DNA from: Gekko japonicus
Lineage: Eukaryota
Length of the DNA stretch: 64,000 nucleotides
Assembly (NCBI RefSeq): GCF_001447785.1
Contig: NW_015169821.1
Coordinates: forward strand, 244,676 to 308,675
Direction of reading: 5' to 3'
Shown here: one piece after another, positions 1 through 22,168 of the stretch
Position numbering within the stretch: the first letter of the stretch is position 1
Layout of the letters: every line of letters starts with the position of its first letter
Made by a program: the position numbers and the translations under genes
The notes under the pieces: generated by a model
Told to the model about the DNA's origin: nothing
Database searches by the model: none
The model's input: only the letters and a program-made list of their open reading frames with translations

Positions 1-740
1 CTCACACTGACTCAGCTTAGAGGGAACACTGGTGGCTTGTATGACACTATACCCCACTGAAGTTCCTCCCCTCCCCCTTCTCCACCCCCAAGATCTCCAG
101 GTATTTTCCAACCCAGAACTGGCAACCCTACATATTACATCGAAAATATGTTAAAGATGGGAATGAAAGAGGTGAACCTCCATAATATTTTGCAGCATTC
201 AATTAAATGGGACTTTATTTAAGACTGTCACTGTTCACTGAAACAGTAAAAATGGAGCCAGAATGCAACTATGGTACTAATTTTCCCACCAACCAGCTGG
301 AGAATGGTACAGATTCAGGAGTTAGTAATTCTGACCATCTGAATTACCTGAGAGAGATGAATGGAGGAGGTAAATCCTACCAAACTCCCACAGACATCTG
401 CTCCATTTTCTCTTACCAGACCCTTCTCCACTCCCCCCCCCCCATCACTGCTGCTTTCTTCCAAACCTGCAGATGGGCTGGTGTTGCCTAGGCCCAGGCT
501 CCAGTACTATGGATTCTAGGCAGCCCCCCAAAGCCAAATGTTATATCACAAGACCTTGATCAAAATGCTCCATTTTTGTGAAGAGGTTTTAACCCCCAAG
601 TGTTTTGGTTTAATTTTTTTTAGTTTTGGGATTTTTCTGCAAAACTGCTTGCATAGTAGCAGGAAGTAAGAGTTTACAAACACATTCCAAACAGAGCAAA
701 GTATCCTAATGCAGTACAGAAGACCATCATCAGGTATGAA

Positions 741-2260
741 TAGGGTTGCCCGGTCCCTCCTGGCAACCAGCGGAGGAATGGGGGGGGGGGCATACCAGGA
801 GCAAAAGGGAGACTCTTCTGACATGCAGCAATATGCCCATGTCACTGCCCACATGACCCGAAAGTGACTTCCTAGATGTCGGGGCGACACTCTGGTATTC
901 AGGCAAAAACTCTATGGTAAACTTGGCTTCTACCATAGAGTTTTTGCCCAAATATCAGAGCATCACCTGATGTCCTGGAAACAGGGCCGGCTCGCTCACT
1001 AGGCAAACTAGGCGTTCGCCTAGAGTGTGCCGGCCCTTAGGGGCACCAAACTGCACCCCCCACGAAAAGCCCGCCCCGCGAAAAGCCCAACCAGCCTGCG
1101 GACGGAGGCCCCGAGACGCCGGCAGAGAGCACGTGCCCACCTCCCCTCCTCTCTCTGCCTGGTCTGCTAGCACCCCCAGGAGACCCGGGCGGAGACTGGC
1201 GAGCGCCGTCCCTTCAGGTGTGTCCGTGTGCGGGGTGGGGATTCGAGGGAGCCTCCCGGTCCAGAGGCAGTCGATCTCCGGACCGCAGCAACAGCACCCG
1301 CCGCCGCAGGGGAGGCCTTGGTCTCGCCAGCCTGCGGGGTTCCCGAGCGGGGACAGAGGCTGCCGCCGCCGCTCTCCGTGGATGGCACCTGGGAGGAGGA
1401 GGGGGAGTCTGGTTGCTGCCGCCCAGGAGGGGCACCGTTTCCATCTTCTCCCAGAGCCCTGAGTGCCAGGCCTGGTCCCAGCTGCCTCCCTCGCTCCCAG
1501 GCAGGTGCGGCACTTCGGCGGGCTTCCCTCGGCGCCTGCCTCTCGCCGTGGCACAGGAGTGGGCGGCCAGGAGCCTGGGCACAGCCGCGGACCTGGCGTG
1601 GATGCGACACAGAAGCGGCCTCCTGAAAGGCTGGGCCATGCCGGGGGAGGGGAATTGAGCCGGCTCCGGGCTGGCGGGGGCTCAACCTTTCCGGGCCAGG
1701 ATCTCTGGCAGGCAGGTGGGCGGGCCTGCTGCGTCCCTTGGCACCCTTCGGAGGGGAGGGGGGTGCGCTCTCCCACGCGGGCGACGCTCGTGCGTCCTCT
1801 TACCCATTGAGCTGCCTGCGACGCAACCGCCTGAGTCTCTCTTGGAAAGAGACTCTCTCTTTGCAATGTTCCCGGGGGGATGTGCCAGAACGTCACCGCC
1901 CCCCTTCCTCCTGGGAGCAGCCAGCAGCTCCACACGACACCCCTCCCCCCGGCCTGAACTCCTGCCGGCCCCACGGGCAGGCCGGTTACTGCAGTCCTGC
2001 CTGGAGGTTGGCAACCCTGTAATTGGTGGGCACAGGGGGGGCGGCGGCGCCAGAAGGTAGCCTCACCTAGGGTACCAAAAAACCTGCCTGGAAATAATGG
2101 AGTTATTTCTGAGTCACATGGCCAGTGAAATGGGCATGTCACTGCGCCTCGGCAGAGCCTCCCTCTTTTTCAGGGTAAGTTTCCCCCGCCAGCCAGCTGA
2201 TTGGCAGCTGGGCCTGTCAGTGGGGAATCGCCGTCCCCACAAGGGGGTCTGGCAACTCTA
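741..2260. mobile_element. hAT-Blackjack-like MITE (TAGGGTTGCC...GGCAACTCTA) containing a nested element
   Basis: Terminal inverted repeats; imperfect 8-bp TSD GGTATGAA / AATATGAA. Confidence 0.65.
982..2086. mobile_element. GC-rich non-autonomous hAT element nested in the element above
   Basis: Begins CAGGGCCGG and ends CCTG; perfect 8-bp TSD CCTGGAAA (974-981, 2087-2094). Confidence 0.75.
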
Positions 2261-2423
2261 AATATGAACGTTTGTAGGAGCTTGTGCAGAATGTATGTTA
2301 GCTCACCTGAGAGCGCAGAAGACACTGGCAATTTAGAAATAATAAAGGTAGGATCAACTTTCCAAGCAATAGGTGCATACGAGTTCTGCAATGGGTTTTC
2401 AAATTATTGTGGGGGATACATAC

Positions 2424-13987
<11,564 letters not shown>

Positions 13988-14505
13988 TCCGGTAACAGAG
14001 GAGGGGGGAAGTGAAGGGTGATTTAACACCGTCCCTACAGGAGCTCCAAGCCGCTTCCGGCTTCCTTCCCCGCCCGCCCTCACGTCATGAAAAATCAGCT
14101 TGCTGCGCACGCGCCAATCTGTGACCAATGAATTTCCTTCCTTAGGCTTCCGCCCAGACCTTAGCAACCGTCTCTACAATAAAACCAGACACTTCCTGAA
14201 AAGAAGCCCCGCCCCTTCTCGTTCTTCGAGCTCCTTCTTCGCAGACGCTCGCCGTGACATTTTATCATAGGCGGAAATGAGGCGAGCTCTGGAACGTTTC
14301 CGCTCGTTCCCGGGCAGATTTTGTTTGCCGCTTTGTTAAAGCCGCAGGACCGAGTGTGTGATCTGCGACTGCAGCTTGTAACATCAGAAATAAGTGGGTG
14401 CTGCTGCCTGATTAATTTATGGTGGCTGCGGCCGCCTATCCTATTTACCGCCTTGCCTTTCTTGCATCGTGGAAAGTTCCGTGGAGGTTTCCCGTCCAAG
14501 TATGA

Positions 14506-14884
14506 TTAGAACGGGTTAGAACAGATAAAAGGAAGTACTTCTTCATCCAAAGAGTGATTAACACATGGAATTCACTGCCACAGGAGGTGGCGGTGGCTAC
14601 AAGCATGGACGGCTTCAAGAGGGAATTAGATAAACATATGGAGCAGAGATCCATCAGTGGCTATTAGCCACACGTTATAGATAGGAACTCTTGGTCTGGG
14701 GCAAGTGATGCACTGTATTCTTGGTGGTGGTGGGGGCAACAGTGGGAGAGCTTCTGGTGTCCTGGGCCTGGCCTCACTGATGGATCTCCTGATGGCATCT
14801 GGTATTTTTGGCCACTGTATGACTGAGTGTTAGACTGGATGGGCCGTTGGCCTGATCCAACATTGGGTTCTCTTATGTTCTTCT
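14506..14884 (+). mobile_element. CR1 LINE 3' end
   Basis: RT C-terminal remnant (KRKYFFIQRVINTWNSLPQEV) followed by a 3' UTR ending TCTTATGTTCTT. Confidence 0.8.
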
Positions 14885-15125
14885 TGTTCAGTTGCACAGT
14901 TGAGTCTGACTCTTTGCGACCGCATGGACCACATCAGGGCGGGTCCTCCTGTCTTCTGTTGTGCTCCGGAGTTTGCTGAATCTCATGTTCCTTGCCTGGA
15001 TAACACTGTCTAACCATCTCATCCTTTGCCATCCCCTTCTTCTTTGACCTTCAGTCTTTCCTAGCATCAGGGTCTTCTCCAGTGAGTGCTCCCTTCTCAT
15101 TTGGTGGCCAAATGATTTGAGCTTG
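14885..15125 (-). mobile_element. RTE Bov-B LINE 3' fragment
   Basis: Translation SLEKTLMLGKTEGQRRRGWQRMRWLDSV is typical of the Bov-B RT C-terminus. Confidence 0.85.
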
Positions 15126-15271
15126 TTCTTATATGCTCCTTATATGCGATGGAACAGCTCAGGAGGTTGTTTGTATAAGGGAGTAAAATTGTGGTCAATT
15201 GCAATGTTTCTTGCATGTACCATCTTCTTGTTACTGTGTCGGCTTCCACCTTTGCAACCCGCTTTCTAGTT

Positions 15272-16587
15272 CAGGGGTGGCCAAACTTGCTGAACGTAAG
15301 AGCCACATAGAATAAATGTCATGTTTGAGAGCCACAAGACATGAACAAATATTACACGTTTTAATAGGAAATATGCAAATTTGCTTTTTATTAACATTAG
15401 ACTGCCAAAATAACAACAGCTGTAAAAGCAGATATTGATAATATTTATTTGTCCAGTTATATTTGTTTGCTAATGATATTTAGCTTCCTCAACTGCCCTG
15501 CTGGGAGCCGCACAATAAGTGTGAAAGAGCCACAGTTTGGCCACCTGTTAGCCGAATTGCTTTATCTACAGCAATTGGCAAATTTTATATGGGTTCTTGC
15601 CAATGTCTACCAAGGTCCAGCTCCCCCCAAGGGTTACCAGTAAAAGGAGTCAAGGCTGGTGTTGTTCAAAATAACTGTCTTTTAGTTAAGAATATATAAA
15701 TCACATACAAACAACACTGATGCACTCACACATTCAATCAAGTTTCTTAGAAATACAATTAAAATAGTCACTTTTGCATTAGCAGGTAGGGTGATGATGG
15801 GAGATACTTATCTGTCCTGAAGCTTGTCAGTTCCAATGAAGAATGGATGGGAAGAAATAGAATCTAGGGAAGTTTATCACACAGCTAGAACCAGCCAGCT
15901 TGTGTGGACCATAGAGGCAAGGATTTGGGATAGAAAGCTGGACAAAAGGGGAGTTAAAGCAGACAGGGGGTGTTGCAGGGTGTGTAGCTAGCAAGGGCCA
16001 GGTGACTGGTCCTTTTATAGCTGGTTCTTTGGGTGGGTGGCAACTGTGCCAACCTGTGGACCCACCTACCTGTTAGTCCGTCCCAAAACTAATTCTATTG
16101 GTTGCGTGCAGTAAGGGGTGGCAACCTAGAGGGTTGGGCAATATTGTAACTTAAGATCTAACTCAAAGGATGGCATCTGGGCAAGTGTGAAACTTGGCGT
16201 CAAGGAACCTCCTTGAAGTGCAGATGAAGCTTGGCCATTCTCTGGTCATAAAAGGTCCATCTAGCAGGAAATGCCAATGTGAAATAAAGTAGAGATGCAG
16301 AATATGTGACAGCAGACAGTTTCAACAATGGGGGTGCTTCTTCCTTAAGTTGCTGTTTTGCTGACAACAATGGAGATGTGTGCTTTCTCACCAGGCTGAT
16401 GCTGTGTATCTGAAACCTCATTCACATGTATGCTGATGTATGCACCTTCTATGTGTAGTATCACAACAGGTGATTTATGCAGCTTTCTGAGCCTAGTGTA
16501 TGTGTGAGCACAGTCCATTTGTGTGTGTGTAGCAGCAAACATAAATCCATAAAGCAAATATCAATCTCAGTCCTTAACACACCCCTG
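15272..16587. mobile_element. hAT MITE (CAGGGGTGGCCAAAC TIR) interrupted by a solo LTR
   Basis: Perfect 8-bp TSD TTCTAGTT (15264-15271, 16588-16595); the right TIR is split by the LTR. Confidence 0.8.
15546..16579 (-). mobile_element. Solo LTR (Gypsy/ERV-type)
   Basis: TGTTA...TAACA termini and a 4-bp TSD CACC. Minus-strand TATA (CTATAAAAGG, 16011-16020) and CCAAT near 16097. Confidence 0.75.
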
Positions 16588-18185
16588 TTCTAGTTTGTGT
16601 CATAACAATGCCTTAGGCTGTTTGTTGTTTGTATTGTTTACTGGAGGTTCTTGCCGCCTGATCGATTTTTTAAAGAAAATTTTATAATCTGCCTTGGAGT
16701 CTCAGTGAGAAAGGTGGGCTACAAGTGAAGTAAATAAAGTTTCCTTTATGATAAGCTGTTAAGTAAATTAAATGGGTGAAATTATGTGTTGATATAGGTT
16801 TGAGAAAAGAACTGATTATGGTAGGGCAAAGCAAACAAATGCAAACAATTACAGCATATTTTACAAAGGCTGGCAAAGTCTCGAAAGTACAAAATTACCT
16901 GTGTGGTATCCTTTTAGAACAATAATTTGCACACTAATCTCCCTTATATATAAAAGCCGAATGGTGGTGGCACTTCTCTAGAACATTCCACACACGCCGG
17001 AATTGGTTGACGCCCTGGTGTGTCACTCAGAATCTGTCCCTATCCACTGGCTGCATTGCTTGAGTCTCGCCTCCAACATTCTAAACAGTTTGCTGCCCCC
17101 CCCCCCATAGCCAGTCAGAACACAGAGGTTATTTGCATATGCAGCCTCATTGCCCTTTGCCTCGGAACACAGAGGTCGTTTGCATATGCGACTTGATTGG
17201 CTTTTGCCTCTAACATTCTAAACAGTTTGCTGTTCTGAGGTAAAATGTGTCCAATCTCCAGGTGAGGGCTGGAGATCACTCAGAATTACAACTGCTTTCC
17301 AGATGGCAGAGATCAGTTCCCCTGGAGAAAATGGTGGGCTCTGTATCCTTATATGCTGCTGAGGTGGCCCCCGTATGACAGCCAATGTGACATAGCAGTC
17401 AGGGCTTCAGAGCACGGGAGAGGCTGCAGGTGTGTGGGGGGTGGAAAGCTGAAGAGTGAGGGGGAAATAAAGGTAGGTTGATGATTGGCTGGGAAGGAGA
17501 TAGGGTTGCCAACTCCTGGTGGGAAATTCCTGGAGATGTGAGGGATAGAGCCTGGAGAGGGTGAGGTTTCAGGAGGCGTGGGACCTCGGACAGGTACAAA
17601 GCCATAGACTCCACCCTCCAAACCAACCAATCTCCAGGTGAGGGCTGTAGATCATTTAGAATTACAACTGTTCTTTAGGTAGTAGAGATCAGTTCCTCTG
17701 GAGAAAATGGTGGGCTCAGTGTCATTATACCCGGCTGAGGTCACCACAGCAAATTGACACTGAGTGTCCAAGGCCGGGGCACCCGCCCAGAGCCTCTTTC
17801 TAGAGGCCGTTGTATTTATTTCCACAACGGGCCTTTTTCCTAGTGCATCCGCCCAGAGCCTCTTTCTAGAGGCCGTTGTATTTATTTCCACAACTGGCCT
17901 TTTCCCTAGTACTTTTATAAGGCTACACTTCATTTGGGAGGAAAATCCAAAATACGGAGTTTATGGCTGTCAGCATTAGTCATTAGACACATTCTAGGAA
18001 AACAAGTAGACTGTAGTTAAAAAAATATAGTCCTGTGGCACCATAAAGACTAACTAGTGTGTGATGTGAGCTGCTGTAAATTCTGATTCTCAAGATACAT
18101 CTGATAAAGTAGGCTAGTCTATGAAAATATATGCCATGATAAACGTGTTGTTTCTAAGACAGGTTTTTTTAGTGAAGCATTGTTT

Positions 18186-18348
18186 TTGTTGTTCAGTCGC
18201 AGTCGAGTCCGACTTTTCGTGACCCTATGGACCAGATCACGGCAGACCTTCCGGTCTTCCGCCGTCCTCTGAAGTTTACTCAATTTCATGTTCGTTACAT
18301 CTATGACACTGTCTAACCATCTCATCCTTTGCCGTCCCCGTCTTCTTT
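18186..18348 (-). mobile_element. Bov-B 3' fragment
   Basis: Translation MRWLDSVIDVTNMKLSKL..VHRVTKSRTRL. Confidence 0.8.
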
Positions 18349-21300
18349 GTAGAATTGGAGTTCCTCAGCTGGCTGTAGTTTTATTTCTCCAGCAAAATAC
18401 TTCCATTCCTTTCATTGTATGAAAACATATTTCCTACCTAAAATTATCCTAATGAAAGCAGAACAAAAACTGCTTTCTTGCATTTTTTCATCATTATTCC
18501 TAGTCAATGAAATCCTACATAATGGTTTATATTGTTTATTGCTTCCTTTTTGGTGTAACAGCTTCCCACTGAAAAATAAAATCAAGACCACTCACAAATT
18601 TGTCTGAGAACTTCACAGACATATTTATAAATTGCTTCTAGAGCATATGACTAATAGGTATCTTGGGCAAGATCTGGAGTTCCTTTCCCATAGCAGGTTG
18701 TGCCCAGACATCTTTCACCTTGTTAAGAAATCTATTTGTGATGTCCACTCTACCATTACAGAAACAGGAAGGTGTTCAGAGTCCAGTCCATTGACTTCCA
18801 AATGATCAGTAATAGTACTGCTAATCATCTGTGAGTTTATATCCAAAAAGAATGCTATACGTGCACTCTGCTTGATGTTCTTTGTCTCTTCCCCACAGTA
18901 GCAAAACAGCAGACTGTGCAGAGACACCTAATACCATAAGGTAAACATATCAATTGCTAGGATAGTGTGCTACGATTTTCCATTCTAATGAATAAGACAG
19001 GGATAAGAAATAGATTGGACAACCTTTTACTGCTTTAGTATGCTGGTAGTTTTTTGTACATTCTGCTTATGGTACCCCGTTCAACCTGGACAGCCTCTTT
19101 ATCTCTATCTCAGAAGTAATTTCCATTGTCACTAGCAGAGATGGAAGAGTTAGAAAAATACGGGAGATATTGCCACACAGCTGGCAATGGAAGCATTCAT
19201 ACCAATCCATCAAACAATTCTTTTCACAAGATAAAAATTTCGGTCACAAAATTAACAACATAAATGTATTACATAATGGTTAGAACTGTGGGGGGCTGCA
19301 CTTCTATCTTTCATAATGTTCTTCAGTCTAAACTTACATTTTTTTTACACAAATAGGCTGTACTATCAAAAAAAGTTGCACATATGGAAACAACTTAACA
19401 AAAGCAAAGCAGCAGCTCATGGATCAATGGCTTGAGAAGTCAGAGTCAACATTCAGAACGAGCCTTACACAATGATAATAATGATAAGCCACGTTCATTC
19501 TGGCCTTTCCTAATAATTATAGTTATTACAAACGCAAGTGAGGTGCCTCCCAGAATCTTTTAGTTATACAATCTGTTGCTGCTCTTTGCCAGTGAATTCC
19601 TTCATATGCAACATGTAAGTCGGGATGAGTCTTATTTTACACCCTGTTCTGCCAGTCTGTTCTGGGTGTAGCAGTTTTAGCAGTTCTTCCCAGGTGAATA
19701 CCCCACTGATCCACCCAAAGAAAATAATCCATCCTTTGTACGTACAGATCATAATACTTTATCCTGAAACAAATGCACATAATTTACACATCAGAGCTCA
19801 TGAGACATTTCTGAGCCCATAAACTACTACCAATATTAACTGGTTGACAATTTTTCAAAAAGGAAGACAATCTAGTAAGTATGTTTGTATGTTGGTGCTG
19901 TCTAAAAAGAAAAGCCTCAACACCTTTGCAACTCCAGTCAATCAGAATCAACTAGAGACAGACAGATTTGAGGTAATTCTTGCATATTTTGGAAAATGCA
20001 AAATTAGAAATCTAGCAGAGCAACATCTTTTAATCTCTGACCAAGGGAAAATTTAAGATACTGTTCCTTATATATTGCTCCATGAGCCAGCTTCGGTCAG
20101 GCTCATTGTAAATGTGTCCTATCAACTTATTCCTAGCCACAGAAACCATTTAATACAATTACTGTGTAGTACACCCAGGCATCATTTGACTACTGCCCCA
20201 TTGATGTTGCCCAGCTTGAAGTAACTTGCCCTAGTCTAGTTTTGCATTACTGGTATAGTTGTGATTACTTTGATTTTAAACACACAAAAAGGGGGAGGGG
20301 GTGACTACCTCTCGGTCAGACAATTTTCCTAAATTTATACTGCACCAGTGTGCTGGGGGGGGGGGCGAAGAGAAGAGATTGGGAGCTCAGTTAGACAGTT
20401 AAAAGCCAGTTTAAACCATCTGACCAGATCTTTGGTTTGGATTGTGCGATTCATCAGTGGAAGGCAAATATGGCTCCAGATCCTCCCTTGCTTTCCTCTC
20501 CCACCCAGCAGTCTCTCCCGACCCTGGAAAAACCCACTCCTAGGGTTGCAGGACCTGTGCAGGGTAATACAGATCAGTGGGCTGTAGTGAGGAGGGGAAA
20601 GGGGGCAAAATTGTCCTTCCTGCATCAGCAGAGTTGCACGGCACTCATCCTCTTCTGCCACCTCACTGCAGCCAAAGACACGGCTATTATTACCTGTGGG
20701 TCCCATGACACTGAGAATTGGCTTTGCTGGTAGTGGAAGAAACTGCTGAGGGAAGAGAAAGCAGGGGAGACTCACAATCCTTGTGTGAGCTCTGGATAAG
20801 GTCCCTGATATGCTTTAAATATGCTTAAAACCCACATTTTTAGTGCAGTTTCCAGTTTCTTAAGACTTTATTCAAAGAATGCCACTATAAACATCCTAAC
20901 AGGCGGCAACAATAATTCATGGACTCCCCAGATAGTAACTCTGAAATACTTAAAAGGTCAGAGTCCCATCCAACTGAGGCCAGACTGAGCCCTCACGCAT
21001 GAAGAAGTTCTGTGACCCCTGCCTTCCCTCCACCCAACACGAGCACACCGGTCCATATGAGGCAGTGTGAAGGAGCACTGAATGGGAGGTTTGTGCTCAC
21101 CTTCTATATTCCCACCCTGCCTTCCTTTTGTATACCATGCTGGCTGCTTGTACATCAAAGCACAAGTCATTTCTACAGCACAGAAGAGGAAGTGGGGTAG
21201 GACAGGCATATAGGAAGTATGCACAAATTCTCATGGCATACCCTTGCTTTGTGTGCAAAGTCATATGCAGAAAATAAGGTCTTCTGTCATTTCTCTATGC

Positions 21301-21493
21301 AAGGCAACACATGCTCAACTGGATCAGGTCCCAAGGATTCCCAAGTATTTGTTTTACCGAAAACAGAAGGCTGATGAATCTGCAATAAATGTGTTTGTAA
21401 CAAACTTTAATATGTCCAATAATCACTAACATTGACAAATGCTGTCTTAATGTCATCACCACTCTTAAAACTTGTGTGGGGGGGAGACCCCAA

Positions 21494-21733
21494 AAGAAGA
21501 AGAGTTGGTTTTTATACCCTGCTCTTCACTACCTGAATGAGTCTCAGAGTGGCTTACAATCACCTTCCCTTCCTCACCCCACAACAGGCACCTTGTGAGG
21601 TAGGTGGGGCTGAGAGAGCTCTGAGAGAACTGTGACTGACCCAAGGTCACCCAGCTGGCTTCATGTGGGGGAGTGGGGAATCAAACCTGGTTCTCCAGAT
21701 TAGAGTCCACCGCTCTTTAACCACTATGCCAAA
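21494..21733 (-). mobile_element. tRNA-derived SINE (Squam3-like)
   Basis: Reverse-complement copy of the SINE at 23157-23413. Confidence 0.75.
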
Positions 21734-22168
21734 CGACACCAAACCAACCCACCTGAAGAACAGAGGTAAAAACCTCACTTTTTACAGCCAGATAGGCATT
21801 ACAAAAAAAGAGGAAACAGGAAAACTGGCAGTCTGCTGAGATGCAAAAGAAATTTTGCTATCAGAGATCCTGGATTCTTCCTTATTGCCTCAATGAGATA
21901 TTAAAAATTATAGTACTGAGCATATTAATAAAATAAATTTTAATAGTGTGGTGGCAATAAAGTAGAAATATACTCAGCCAGAACTGTCTTCTTATTTGGG
22001 ATATATACACTGTTTCAGGCATTTACACCTTTCCATTCCTCATAAAAAAAGGCCTTTAACAAAGCTATTTGCCTACAGACATTTATAACATCCAAAGAAT
22101 TATAAAGGCCTTTATTGTGAATAGAATAATTGGTTGTTCAGCAGTAGCTAATAGTCTGGTCTTCTGTA

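Noticed and set aside
955-2142. 395-aa ORF and many overlapping ORFs
   Set aside because: Low-complexity Pro/Arg/Gly translations from a GC-rich transposon interior bounded by TSDs; no recognisable domain.
16890-17200. U6/7SK-type Pol III snRNA gene
   Set aside because: Octamer and TATA spacing would fit, but no PSE is visible and the downstream sequence matches no small RNA I know. Kept only as a Pol II promoter candidate.
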